64,000 nucleotides of DNA, taken from contig DATCXZ010000054.1 in the NCBI GenBank assembly GCA_036570545.1, positions 1,558-65,557 on the forward strand, in the 5' to 3' direction. The first letter of the stretch is position 1, and every line of letters starts with the position of its first letter. This DNA is from Kiloniellaceae bacterium. GTDB lineage: Bacteria; Pseudomonadota; Alphaproteobacteria; Kiloniellales; Kiloniellaceae. The translations under genes were made by a program, and so were the position numbers. Below the pieces are notes generated by a model, which made no database searches, was not told the origin of the DNA, and was given only the letters and a program-made list of their open reading frames with translations. This document shows, in pieces, positions 36,216 through 46,227 of this stretch.

Positions 36216-38563
36216 GTCGGGCGCTGTCCCTGCCCGGGCGGTTCCCAAAGCCCGCAGAGGCCGTCCTCGTCGGCATAGCCCGCCACCTGCCGCCAGCCGG
36301 CCGCCGGCCGCAGCGGCTCCGCTGCCGAGAGGGCGACGTCGAGGTTCACGCAGGCCAGGCTCCGCAGCCCGAGAGCGCCGATCCGGCGGCAATGGTCGCC
36401 GGAGAACTCGAGCCACAGGGCGTCGCCGTCGAACTCCAGATCCAGCACACGGGACGGCAGGGCACCGGAAAAGCCACCGAAGACGGCGACGATGTCGATG
36501 CCTTGGTGGCGGACCACCACGGCGGTGCCTTCGGCTACCGCCTCTGCCGCCACCTTCGGAAGATTATCATCCTCGGCGAGACCGATGGCGAAGGCCAGGG
36601 CGCGCGCTTCGGGCTGCAGCCGGCAGATGATCTGCGGCGCCGCCTCCAGTTCTCCGTAGCGGCGGGAGAGCCAGCCTGCGCCGGGAGACGGCGAGCCTGA
36701 GGCACAGTCCATCGCGGCGACGCCCTCGGAAGCACAGAGATAGGCCGAGACCCCGCCGAGATCTGCCGTCACCTGCCGCGCCGCGCGCCGCGCCACCACA
36801 GCTTCCGGCGCGAGCTGCCAATGGCACGCCACCTCCGCGTCGCACGGCAAGCCGGGCGGGCGATCGTAGACGAGCGTCGGCCATCCCGCGACCCGCAGCA
36901 CCCCGCGCCGCCAGCCATTCAGGCCGCCGGCCTCCTCCAACCGGCCTTCGGCCCAGATGGCCGTTCCCTCGAAGCTGCGCCAGCGGGTGGTCACGCGCGC
37001 ACCGGCCTCGCTGCCGCGAAAGCGTCCCAGCGCCACGCCGAGAGGGTCGTGCCCGCGCAACACCGGGCCGTTGTGGGCGGCGGGGCTGCGGAAATAGCGC
37101 CGCGGGCTGTCCGGGCCACCGCGCGGCGGCGGCGCGATGGCCGCATAGGAGTAGGTGCCGGCAGGCTCCAGCACGCGCCGCCCCTGCGCGGTCCAATAGA
37201 CCGACAGCAGATCGGACATGGTGTGGCCCGGATGCACCGCGGAGCCCGGTGCCGGGCCGCCGCGGAACAGGAGGCAGTCGTCCCTGTCGTCGTCGCGGAA
37301 GGCGACGTAGCCGCCGAGGGGAAAGGCGGCGACATTCCCGACCGGCTCCAGCGCGCGCGGCAGCCGCAGTGGAAGGCTTATCGAGCGCAGCGCAGCCAGT
37401 AGCCAATACGCCCGTTCCGCGCCGGCTGCCGTCGCCGCCGTCTCTGGGAACGCAGGTTCGAACAGCGCGCTATAGAGGATCCGCCAGCCGCCCGCGCCGC
37501 CGGCGTCGAGCGGCAGCAGGGGATCGTCGGTGCTGTCACCCAGCGCAAAGCCGGAGCCGTTCCGCGTCGCCAGGGTCGCCTGAAACCGCAGGGCGCAGCC
37601 GATCCGCGTCAGCGCCTCGGCGTCCGGGGACTCGCCGCGCCGCAGTGCTATAACGACGTAGGCGAGAGCCAGCTCGCAGCCCAGTTCATGATAATGCAGG
37701 GACTGCTCGAAGTTCGTGCCGTCGGCCTGGAACTGCCGGGCGAACTCCGCAAGCCACGCCCGCTCCGCCGCCGCGAGGTCGCCCGCCTCCGGGACCAGCT
37801 CAGGATAGCAGGCGGCGAGGAACCAGGCGGCGAAGCGGTCGGCGAGCAGGTGATTGTTGCCGACGGACCGGCCGAGCCGCGGCAGCAGGTAGCGACAGTC
37901 GGCCGCGACGATGCGAAAGAGTTGAAGGCAGACTTCGGCCGCCGTCCTGTCGCCCTGCTCCGCCTTGGCGACAAGGAAGGGCATCGCCCAGGCGATCGCG
38001 ACCTGCCGATGGATCATGACCAGGTTCGAGAAATAGGCATCTTCGGCGAGACCTGCCGTCTCGACCTGGCGGATCCAGCGCGCGAGCGCCCGCTGCAGCG
38101 CCGGCAGGCACTCGGCACCGAGGCAGGACGCCATCGCCAGGCGCGGCAGGAAGCCGAAACGGTGAGGGCGCAGACGATAGAGCCGGTCATCGTGGACGTC
38201 CATCGGCAGGACCGACCAGTCGAGGTCGCCAAGCGGCGGCGCCATCCCCGCATAGACCGGGAGCCCCTGCGTGCAAACGCACGCGGCCTCCTCGAGCAGA
38301 GCCCGGCGCCATCCCGGCCTGTTGTCGTCATAATCCGCAACCGCCGCCTGCGCCTCATCAGCCGTCAGGAAGCCCGCCCCCGCAGGGCGCGCGCGAAAGA
38401 ACTGCACGGCCAGCGCCGCATCGGAGGTGGCGGCGCTTGCGCGCAGGGCCGCCCGCAGCAGATCCAGCCGACCGAGACCCGGTGGCGGAGTAGCGGGCGG
38501 ACGCGGCATCGAGCGTCTCATAGAGCGCCCAAATCCACTTAGATAATCCAGCGCGAGTTTCAT
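36212..38563 (-). CDS. Heparinase II/III-family protein
   Basis: GNNHLLAD, DGTNFEQSLHYH, GHTMSDLLS, EPAGTYSY, RSPAAHN. ATG 38563. Confidence 0.8.
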   Translation of the reverse strand: MKLALDYLSGFGRSMRRSMPRPPATPPPGLGRLDLLRAALRASAATSDAALAVQFFRARPAGAGFLTADEAQAAVADYDDNRPGWRRALLEEAACVCTQGLPVYAGMAPPLGDLDWSVLPMDVHDDRLYRLRPHRFGFLPRLAMASCLGAECLPALQRALARWIRQVETAGLAEDAYFSNLVMIHRQVAIAWAMPFLVAKAEQGDRTAAEVCLQLFRIVAADCRYLLPRLGRSVGNNHLLADRFAAWFLAACYPELVPEAGDLAAAERAWLAEFARQFQADGTNFEQSLHYHELGCELALAYVVIALRRGESPDAEALTRIGCALRFQATLATRNGSGFALGDSTDDPLLPLDAGGAGGWRILYSALFEPAFPETAATAAGAERAYWLLAALRSISLPLRLPRALEPVGNVAAFPLGGYVAFRDDDRDDCLLFRGGPAPGSAVHPGHTMSDLLSVYWTAQGRRVLEPAGTYSYAAIAPPPRGGPDSPRRYFRSPAAHNGPVLRGHDPLGVALGRFRGSEAGARVTTRWRSFEGTAIWAEGRLEEAGGLNGWRRGVLRVAGWPTLVYDRPPGLPCDAEVACHWQLAPEAVVARRAARQVTADLGGVSAYLCASEGVAAMDCASGSPSPGAGWLSRRYGELEAAPQIICRLQPEARALAFAIGLAEDDNLPKVAAEAVAEGTAVVVRHQGIDIVAVFGGFSGALPSRVLDLEFDGDALWLEFSGDHCRRIGALGLRSLACVNLDVALSAAEPLRPAAGWRQVAGYADEDGLCGLWEPPGQGQRPT

Positions 38564-38716
38564 AATTCGACGGGCCAAGCCATAGCCCCTGACAGTGAAC
38601 CCCTTCCGTCCGTCAGCGCAACATGGGACGCAGGTCCCACGCAATGCCGCAAGGATTCCAAGGGCCCGAGACGGCGGTTTGCCGCGAAAGGCAGGCTGTG
38701 CTATGCGGTATTGACT

Positions 38717-39274
38717 ATGATCCGCTGCAGCATTGGATTGATTATCATCTGCATGCTGTTCGGCAGGCCGTCGCTGGCTGCCGATCTGCCGCTGCCGCGC
38801 ACACCGATCTACGATTCGCACTCCCAGAGCTATTTCCAGCTCTTTGGCGACAATGTGCATCCGGGCAACTGGGAAGCCGCGCGCATCAGGGCGGCCCAGA
38901 AGTTCTACAAGGGGGTGCAGGGCCGCCTGGCCGTCGTCGACAGTGCGGAGACTCACGCCTTTCTGCTGCGGGCCTTCAAGCTCAACCGCCGCCACATCAG
39001 CGTGTGGATCGGCCTGCGGTACTGGTGCTCGGCGCGGTTGCTGCAGTGGGAAGACGGCCTGCCCTTTGCGCCGTCGGAGCCGGATCACTTCCGGCATTGG
39101 CATGCGAACTGGTCGCGCACGGACCAAGATGCCTGCTCCTTCTCCAAGTCCTCGAAAGTCGGCTTCGCGCCGGTCTACTACCGCACCATAGCGGGCCAGG
39201 CGCGCTGGCAGGCAGTCGGCGCGGCGAAGTATTTCGACTACTATCTCGTCGAATTTCCGACCGGCGGAGAGTGA
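38717..39274 (+). CDS. Secreted C-type lectin-like domain protein
   Basis: Signal peptide (PSLA|A), SYFQLF, WEAA, GRLAVVDS..H.FL, VWIGL, W.DG, YLVEF: the CTLD pattern. Confidence 0.7.
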   Translation: MIRCSIGLIIICMLFGRPSLAADLPLPRTPIYDSHSQSYFQLFGDNVHPGNWEAARIRAAQKFYKGVQGRLAVVDSAETHAFLLRAFKLNRRHISVWIGLRYWCSARLLQWEDGLPFAPSEPDHFRHWHANWSRTDQDACSFSKSSKVGFAPVYYRTIAGQARWQAVGAAKYFDYYLVEFPTGGE

Positions 39275-39401
39275 CGCCGGCACCGCCGTTGCAAAGCGAA
39301 GAAAAGCTTTGACCCCTCAAGGAGATCCTGCAACCTAGTTCCTCCTGGCCGCGCTGGCTGTTGATGAGCCATTGCAGGCACATTCGGGGAGACTGGGCCT
39401 G

Positions 39402-40523
39402 ATGACGCGTCAGAAGATTCACCTTGTCGCCGCGGCCCGGCCCAACTTCATGAAGGTTGCGCCTCTCTACCACGTGCTGAAGCGGCAGGACTGGTGCGTG
39501 CCGGCACTGATCCATACCGGACAGCACTATGACGTCAACATGTCGGACAGCTTCTTTGCCGACCTCGGCCTGCCGGCGCCGGACCATCATCTCGGCGTCG
39601 GCAGCGGCTCGCATGCCGAGCAGACCGCCGCCGTCATGGTCGCCTACGAAAAGATCTGCCAGCAGCAGCGCCCGGACTGGACCGTCGTCGTCGGCGACGT
39701 GAATTCGACGCTGGCCTGCGCCCTGGTGGCGGCCAAGCTGTGCATTCCCCTGGCCCACCTCGAGGCTGGCCTGCGCAGCAACGACCGCGGCATGCCGGAG
39801 GAGATCAACCGCATCGTGACCGACCGGCTGGCCGACCTGCTGTGGACGCCCTCGCCGGACGGCGATGATAACCTCATCGCCGAAGGCGTTCCGCCGGAAC
39901 GCATCGAATTCGTCGGCAACATTATGATCGACGCCTTCGAGCTGCAGCGCCCGCAGATAGAAGCGCTACAGATGACCCGGCGGTTCGACGTCGAGCCCGG
40001 CCACTATGGCATCGTCACACTGCACCGCCCGTCCAACGTCGACGATCGGACGAGCCTGACGCGAATCGTCGATGTTCTAGCTTCGGTATCGCGACGCCTG
40101 CCCCTCGTCTTCGCGGTGCATCCGCGCACCCGCGCCCGCCTGCGCGAGTTCGGACTGGCCACCTCCCTGGAGCGCCAGGAGCGCATCCGCCTTTCCGAGC
40201 CGCTGCGCTACAACGAGTTCATGAACCTGGTCTGCCACGCCAGGCTCGCGATCACCGATTCCGGCGGCATTCAGGAGGAGACCACCTACCTGAACATTCC
40301 CTGCCTGACGCTGCGCCCCAACACGGAGCGGCCGATCACGGTGACACAAGGCACCAACCGCCTGGTGCGGCCGGAGACCCTGGGCGAGATGGTCGACCGC
40401 GCCTTGAACGGCGAGCTGAAGCCGGTGCATCGGCCGGCGCTGTGGGACGGCCGGACCGCCGAGCGGGTGGTGCAGAGCCTCTACCGACACTCGGTGCGCG
40501 AGCTGGCCGAGACCGTCGCATGA
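39402..40523 (+). CDS. wecB: UDP-N-acetylglucosamine 2-epimerase (non-hydrolysing)
   Basis: AARPNFMKVAP, HTGQHYD, HLEAGLRS, PEEINR, TDSGGIQEETT, NTERP. Confidence 0.95.
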   Translation: MTRQKIHLVAAARPNFMKVAPLYHVLKRQDWCVPALIHTGQHYDVNMSDSFFADLGLPAPDHHLGVGSGSHAEQTAAVMVAYEKICQQQRPDWTVVVGDVNSTLACALVAAKLCIPLAHLEAGLRSNDRGMPEEINRIVTDRLADLLWTPSPDGDDNLIAEGVPPERIEFVGNIMIDAFELQRPQIEALQMTRRFDVEPGHYGIVTLHRPSNVDDRTSLTRIVDVLASVSRRLPLVFAVHPRTRARLREFGLATSLERQERIRLSEPLRYNEFMNLVCHARLAITDSGGIQEETTYLNIPCLTLRPNTERPITVTQGTNRLVRPETLGEMVDRALNGELKPVHRPALWDGRTAERVVQSLYRHSVRELAETVA

Positions 40524-40529
40524 CCGGCC

Positions 40530-40577
40530 ACGGGTCGAGCGCCGGTTACGAGTCGAGCGCCGGTTACGGGTCGAGCG
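40530..40577 (+). repeat. 18-bp tandem repeat x2.7 (ACG[G/A]GTCGAGCGCCGGTT)
   Basis: Units start at 40530, 40548 and 40566, in the wecB-flippase spacer. Confidence 0.9.
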
Positions 40578-42125
40578 ATGGACTCTGACGGTCTTCCGAC
40601 GTCGGGCGGCAGTCTCAACAGACGCATTGCCCGGGGTGCAGCCTGGATGGTCGGCCTGCACTTCGTCGACCGCTGCATCGGTTTCGTCAGCACCATCATC
40701 CTCGCCCGCCTGCTGGTGCCGGCGGATTTCGGTCTGGTGGCCATCGCCATGGCGTTGGTGGCAGCGGTCAGCGTGTTCGGCGAGTTCGGCCTTGAGCTGG
40801 CGCTGATCCAGAACCAGAAAGCGCAGCGCAGTCACTATGATACCGCCTGGACCCTCGGTCTGCTGCGCGGGCTGTGCGCCGCCGCGATTATCGCACTGCT
40901 GGCAGAGCCGCTGGCGGCGTTCTTCGATGACCCTCGCCTGGAAACAGTCGTCCTCGTCCTCGCCCTCGCACCACTGCTGGAGGGCTTCTACAACATCGGC
41001 ACCGTCGCCTTCCGAAAGAATCTTACCCTCGACAAGGAGTTCATCTTCCAGCTCGTGCCGCGCCTGGCGGGCGTGATCGGCACCATCACTTTCGCCCTCA
41101 TCTGGCGCGACTACTGGGCTCTCATCGTCGGCATGCTCGCCGGCAAGGCGATTCGGATGGCGATGAGCTACGTCATGCACAGCTTCCGCCCCCGGCTGTC
41201 GCTCGCCGCGGGGCGGGAGATCATGCACTTCTCGAAATGGATCCTGGTGACCGGCCTTGTGACCTTAGTCAATCGCCGGGGCGGCACCCTGCTGATCGCA
41301 AAGTTCCTCGATGCCTCGTCCGTGGGAACCTTTGCAATTGCCAGCCAGATCTCCAACATGGCGGCGGCGGAGCTCATCGCGCCGATCAAGCAGGTTCTGT
41401 TCCCCGGCTACGCGAGGATCGCGCATGATATCGCCCTGCTGCGCAAGGCGTTCCTCGACGCTTACGGCATTCTGGTGCTGGTGGCGCTGCCGGTCGCCAT
41501 CGGTATCGGCCTCACGGCGCGGTACTTCGTGCCGCTGCTGCTCGGGCCGAAGTGGGTCCAGGCCGTTCCGGTGATCGAGATCCTCGTCATCAGCGGTGGC
41601 CTGCTCTCGCTCGCGAGTCATGTGAGGCCGATCTATCTCGCCCTGAACCGCCCCAAGCTGGGCGCCTATGCCTCGATCGGCCATGCTCTTGTCTACCTGC
41701 CGGCGCTCTACGTCGGACTGAGCGAGTACGGGCTTCTCGGCGCGGCCGTCGCCCACGCGATCGGCCAAGTCGTTGTGTTGATGGGCAGCCTGTACTTCAT
41801 GCGCAGGCTGCTGTCAGTTACGTTCGGTGAGTTCATGCGGGCGACCTGGCGGGCACTCACCGCCTGCCTGCTGATGATCGCCGCCGTTCTGGCATTGCGG
41901 TTCAATCCGCCGGTCCAGGGTGAGGGCGCGATCGTCGACGCCGTCCTGCTTGCCTGCTCGGTCGGCACCGGCGTCCTGGTGTATGTGGGCACCACCCTGC
42001 TGCTGTGGTGGACCTGCGGCCGCCCCCAGGACAGCGCCGAAGCCCACGTCATCACCATCGTCCGCGAGGCGCTGCGGCACCGCCGGCTGCCGGCCGGCAC
42101 GCCCGCCGCAGGCAAGGGTGCCTGA
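40578..42125 (+). CDS. Wzx/PST-family polysaccharide flippase
   Basis: ARLLVPADFGLVA, multi-TM, LFPGYARI, LLLGPKW. Confidence 0.9.
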   Translation: MDSDGLPTSGGSLNRRIARGAAWMVGLHFVDRCIGFVSTIILARLLVPADFGLVAIAMALVAAVSVFGEFGLELALIQNQKAQRSHYDTAWTLGLLRGLCAAAIIALLAEPLAAFFDDPRLETVVLVLALAPLLEGFYNIGTVAFRKNLTLDKEFIFQLVPRLAGVIGTITFALIWRDYWALIVGMLAGKAIRMAMSYVMHSFRPRLSLAAGREIMHFSKWILVTGLVTLVNRRGGTLLIAKFLDASSVGTFAIASQISNMAAAELIAPIKQVLFPGYARIAHDIALLRKAFLDAYGILVLVALPVAIGIGLTARYFVPLLLGPKWVQAVPVIEILVISGGLLSLASHVRPIYLALNRPKLGAYASIGHALVYLPALYVGLSEYGLLGAAVAHAIGQVVVLMGSLYFMRRLLSVTFGEFMRATWRALTACLLMIAAVLALRFNPPVQGEGAIVDAVLLACSVGTGVLVYVGTTLLLWWTCGRPQDSAEAHVITIVREALRHRRLPAGTPAAGKGA

Positions 42126-42126
42126 C

Positions 42127-43331
42127 ATGCAGGCGCGCCTGCCGCAGATCTTTGCCTTCGCCTCGAACGAGTGGCACACGCCGTGGTGGATGGCGCGTCA
42201 GCACCTCTACACGCGCCTCGCCCGGCGCGGCTGGCCCGTCGTCTACAGCACCGGCCCGCAGTCGCTCTGGGAGCGCCACAGCGAGAAGTGGCGGCGCGGC
42301 GGCTTGCTTCCCACTTTCGACAGGGTGGAAGCCGGCGACGGCGCCGTCGTCATGGTCGATCGGCCGGGCAAGGGCCTGCCCCTGCGCAACCACGAAGGGG
42401 CGTGGAACTTCCTCGCCACCGGGCGCCACGCCCGTCACCTGCTGAAGGGCGCGGCAGACCGCACGCGGCGGCGCCTCGTCCACCTCTGGCACCCGCGCTT
42501 CTGGCCCTACGCGAGGCTGCTCGACGCCGACTACGTGGTGTTCCACATCCACGACGCCTGGGACGCCAAGGCCTGGCCGGCCCATCTCCAGCGGCATCAC
42601 AGGGAACTGGTCGAACGGGCGGACCTCATCATAACCACCGCCGACAATATGTCGCGAGAGTTGCCGGGCATCGGTCCGGGCGGCGCGCTCGTCCTGCCCA
42701 TGGGGTCGATTTCGACGCCGTCGAGGCCGGTGCGCGGCAACCCTGTCCGCCCGACCTCGCGGCAATTCCGCACCCGCGCATCGGCTACACCGGACGGGTG
42801 AACCTGAAGCTGGATTTCCGCCTCATCGCGGCGGCCGCGGCACGGCGGCCGGCGCTGCAATGGGTCTTTATCGGCGCCACCGGGATCGGCACCACCTACA
42901 GCTTCGATGCGCGCCCCGACGTCAATGCCGAATGGGAGCAGTTGAACAGCCTCGGCAACGTGCACTTCCTGGGCGTGAAGGACCGCAGCGAGATCCCCGT
43001 CTATCTGAATGGCTGCGATGTCCTCAGCCTGCCCCTCAGCACGTCTTTCGTCGGGTTTCCGACGAAGCTCTACGAGTATCTCGCATCCGGCAAACCGGTC
43101 ATCAGCTGGAACGGTGAGAACATCCGCCCGCTGGCGCACCTCATCGCGCCGGCCGACGGCGTGGACGCTTGGCTCGAGGCACTCGACCGGGCGCTCGACG
43201 GTCGCGGGCCGGGGTCACCCGAGGCGAGAAAAGCGGTCGCCCGTGCCCAGGATTGGGATGCGCGCACGGATCAGTTCGAGGGCTGGCTTCGCGAGATGAT
43301 GGCCAGCGCCAGGAGCCCGAAGAGAAGATAG
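42127..43331 (+). pseudogene. GT4-like glycosyltransferase split by a 1-bp deletion at about 42697-42700 (pseudogene or sequencing error)
   Basis: N-half (WMARQHL..ADLIITTA..LVLP) is in the 41920 frame; C-half (HGVDF..IGYTGRVN..PTKLYEYLASGKPVI) is in the 42171 frame. Adding one C restores LVLPHGVDF. Confidence 0.8.
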
Positions 43332-43356
43332 TTTTGCACGTCGCGGTCCCTTCCGG

Positions 43357-44442
43357 TCACTCGGCCGCACGGTCGGTACTCTCCTGCTCCCCGTAGCCGT
43401 AATAGTACGCTCCATAGTAGGAGCCGAACTCCGTATTGCCGAAGCCGCCCCTGGCGCGATTGAGCACGAGGCCGAGGTGCTGCCGCTCGCCGATCAGATC
43501 GAGTGCGCTGTCCACCGATTCCCGCTTGGTCCGGTCGGCCTGCACGACGAACACGATCTGTCCCATGAGGGATGTAAGCACCACCGACTCGCTCGTCGCC
43601 AGAATCGGCGGCGAATCAAAGATCAGGATGCGGTCCTGGTAACGGCCGGCGAGGTCGCTGATCAACTCGCTCATCCGCGTGCTGGCGAGGAGTTCGGTGC
43701 AGCGGTCATGGAGCTGGCCGGCCGGCACCAGTGACAGCTTTTCGATATTGGTCCTCAGCATAACGTCGGCGATGTCCATCTGCGGATCCTGCAGCACGTC
43801 GATGAGCCCCTTGCTGGCGCTCACGCCAAGCTGGCGCAGGGCATCCGGCTTGACGAAGTCGGCGTCGACCAGAAGAACGCGCAGATCCTCCTCGGCGGCG
43901 ATCGACATCGCGAGATTGATGGCCGTGGTTGTCTTGCCTTCCGCCGGCAGAGCGCTGGTCACCAGAATGGTGTTGCCGAGCGCGTCCCTGATATCCCAGC
44001 GCTGGCTCAGCACCATGCGCTTGATCAGGCGGAACTCCTCGACCGTGCGCGTCCTCTTGGTCGCCGGCGTGATGATATTGCGGGCCTCGAGCCCGGTCGT
44101 ATCGATATTGACGATGCGCGATCTGCGTTGGCTATGCCGCACCGGCGCCCTTCCCGAAATTGCGGCGCTGGCGCCCAACACTGCCACGGGCGGAGGATCG
44201 CCGCCCGGCCCTGATGCGGCCTCCGGCGCACCGGCCGCACCCGCCGCCAGGGCCTCTTCCAGCCCTTCTTCCACAAGGCCGGGGCCCGCCGGTTCCGCGA
44301 CCGGAAACGGCGGCGCAGCCGGTGCCGAGGCATCTGCCGGCGGGCCGCCCTTTGCGCCCATCAGCTTCTCTGCGGCCCGCTCGACCAGCGAACTCCGCGC
44401 GGCCGGCAGGCCCGCCTGCTTGTCTTCGGATCGATCGTCCAT
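43357..44442 (-). CDS. XrtA-associated tyrosine autokinase (Wzc C-terminal domain)
   Basis: EEFRLIKR, Walker A SALPAEGKTT, LVDAD, IFDSPP, Tyr-rich tail GSYYGAYYYGY. Confidence 0.92.
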   Translation of the reverse strand: MDDRSEDKQAGLPAARSSLVERAAEKLMGAKGGPPADASAPAAPPFPVAEPAGPGLVEEGLEEALAAGAAGAPEAASGPGGDPPPVAVLGASAAISGRAPVRHSQRRSRIVNIDTTGLEARNIITPATKRTRTVEEFRLIKRMVLSQRWDIRDALGNTILVTSALPAEGKTTTAINLAMSIAAEEDLRVLLVDADFVKPDALRQLGVSASKGLIDVLQDPQMDIADVMLRTNIEKLSLVPAGQLHDRCTELLASTRMSELISDLAGRYQDRILIFDSPPILATSESVVLTSLMGQIVFVVQADRTKRESVDSALDLIGERQHLGLVLNRARGGFGNTEFGSYYGAYYYGYGEQESTDRAAE

Positions 44443-44459
44443 GGTGCGGGCAAATCTCC

Positions 44460-46109
44460 CTATGACAGCGCGCTGTCACGCAAAGCGGTAAGGACTTCCC
44501 GGGAGGCCTGAGCTACCGCGTCTGCCCCGTTGCCGAGAGACCCCCGGGTGAAGTCGGCGGCGAGGACGGTATCGAGGCCGTACTGACGCTCGATGAGCAG
44601 CAGCATGACCAGGATGCCGGCCAGTCCGGCGAAGCCGACCACCAGCATCGCGGCCTCGGCGAGGCGTCTTCCCGCCCGCGACCGCGCATCCGAGATGGCG
44701 CCTAGAACGCGCAGCCCCGTGTAGTCGCGAAGCTCCGTCAGCGACGAGAAGCTGGTATCCAGCAGGACCAGGATCATGCCGCCGCCGAGGCCGGCGACGA
44801 TCGAGAGGACGAGAACGGCGCTGAGGAACAGTGCGCGGTCGGGGCCGACAGGGCGGTTGGCAACCACCGGCGGCTCGATCATGCGATAGCGCACATCTTG
44901 CCCGACCGCCTCCCGGCTTTGCGACATCCGGGCCGACTCGCGCCGGGACAGCAACTCGTCGTGCCGGGCCTTGATGATGCCATAGTCGCGGTTGAGTCTC
45001 TGGAACTCCGCCTCGACCCTGGGCACGTCCTCCGCCTTGGCTGCCAGCGCCTCTGCCTCAGTGCGCGCCGCTGCCGCGCGGCGGCGCAGTTCCTCGATCT
45101 GGGTGTCGATCTCGATCTGGCGCAACTTGACCTGAGCATAGATCGGGTTCGGCTCGCCGAAAGCGGCCTCCTCGGGCATCACCCCGCCGTTCACCTCCGC
45201 GATCTCCTTGCGCGCCGCTTCCTGCTTGGCGAGCAAAGATGCCATCTGTCGTCGGAGGGTGACGACATCTGGGTGCTTCTCGGTGTACTGCGACAGAAGC
45301 TCGCGAAGCGAAGCCTCGATCTCGACGATGCGGCGCTCGGTGTCGTCAGGAGGACCGGCATTGAAAAGGTCGGCAGGAATCGTCTCAGGGATGTTGGCCA
45401 GCTCGCCGGCCAGGTGGTTACGTTGTGCTTCGGCCACCGCCAGGGCCTGCTCGAGCTGCTCCATGCGGTTGTTGGCGGCGGTCGCACGCGACAGGTAGCT
45501 GCCCTCGCCGAGCACGACGTCGATGTTCTCCTGCTTGAAGCGGGCGAGACGATTCTCCGCTTCGAGGAGGCGCGCCTCGTACTCCTCGATCTGCCGGTCG
45601 ATGAACTGTTCTGCGGTGTCGAAGTCCTGGCGGCTGCGGCCGAGGTTGCCCTCGACAAAGATCGTCAGCAACGCCTGGACCACCCCATAGGCGCGCTCCG
45701 GATCGGTGTCCTGGTAGGTGATCGTAAAGATGTTCTGGCGGTCGGAAGAGACGATCGTGCGACCTTCAAGCCGGGCGAGCACCCCCTCCATCTGGGTATC
45801 GCTCTTCGCCGCCAGGTCGTAATCGGTCTTGCGCGCCACCTCCATCAGGTTCGGCCTGCTCAGCAGTGTCTGCTTCATGAGCTGGACCTGGGTGTTCAGG
45901 TCGCTCTGGATCGCGATGCCGCGCAGCAGCGGCTGCAGCACACTGAAGGTGTCCACGTAGATGCGGGTGGTGGATTGATAGATGCTGGGCATGGAGGCGA
46001 CCACCAGCCAGCCCGGCAGGGCGACCAGCCAGGTCACCAGGAGCACGATCCAGCGGCGCTTCCACAGGCCGTTGAGATAGTAGAAGAAAAGTTGATAAAG
46101 CTCAGCCAC
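44460..46109 (-). CDS. XrtA-system polysaccharide chain-length determinant (Wzc N-terminal/Wzz-like)
   Basis: N-terminal TM, LLSRPNL..VAR, YTEKHPDV, LNRDY, YRMIEPP, C-terminal TMs. Confidence 0.9.
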   Translation of the reverse strand: MAELYQLFFYYLNGLWKRRWIVLLVTWLVALPGWLVVASMPSIYQSTTRIYVDTFSVLQPLLRGIAIQSDLNTQVQLMKQTLLSRPNLMEVARKTDYDLAAKSDTQMEGVLARLEGRTIVSSDRQNIFTITYQDTDPERAYGVVQALLTIFVEGNLGRSRQDFDTAEQFIDRQIEEYEARLLEAENRLARFKQENIDVVLGEGSYLSRATAANNRMEQLEQALAVAEAQRNHLAGELANIPETIPADLFNAGPPDDTERRIVEIEASLRELLSQYTEKHPDVVTLRRQMASLLAKQEAARKEIAEVNGGVMPEEAAFGEPNPIYAQVKLRQIEIDTQIEELRRRAAAARTEAEALAAKAEDVPRVEAEFQRLNRDYGIIKARHDELLSRRESARMSQSREAVGQDVRYRMIEPPVVANRPVGPDRALFLSAVLVLSIVAGLGGGMILVLLDTSFSSLTELRDYTGLRVLGAISDARSRAGRRLAEAAMLVVGFAGLAGILVMLLLIERQYGLDTVLAADFTRGSLGNGADAVAQASREVLTALRDSALS

Positions 46110-46227
46110 GCCAGTTGCTCCGGTCGTCCCTGCTATCCTGGATCAGCCTGGGCGATTCCCACAGCTACGCCAGCACCATCGACTGTCGCCGCACAAGGAA
46201 AAAGCACCTGTCGCGGCGACGCACAGA

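Noticed and set aside
40530-40577. CRISPR-like array
   Set aside because: Contiguous 18-bp units with no spacers and no cas genes.
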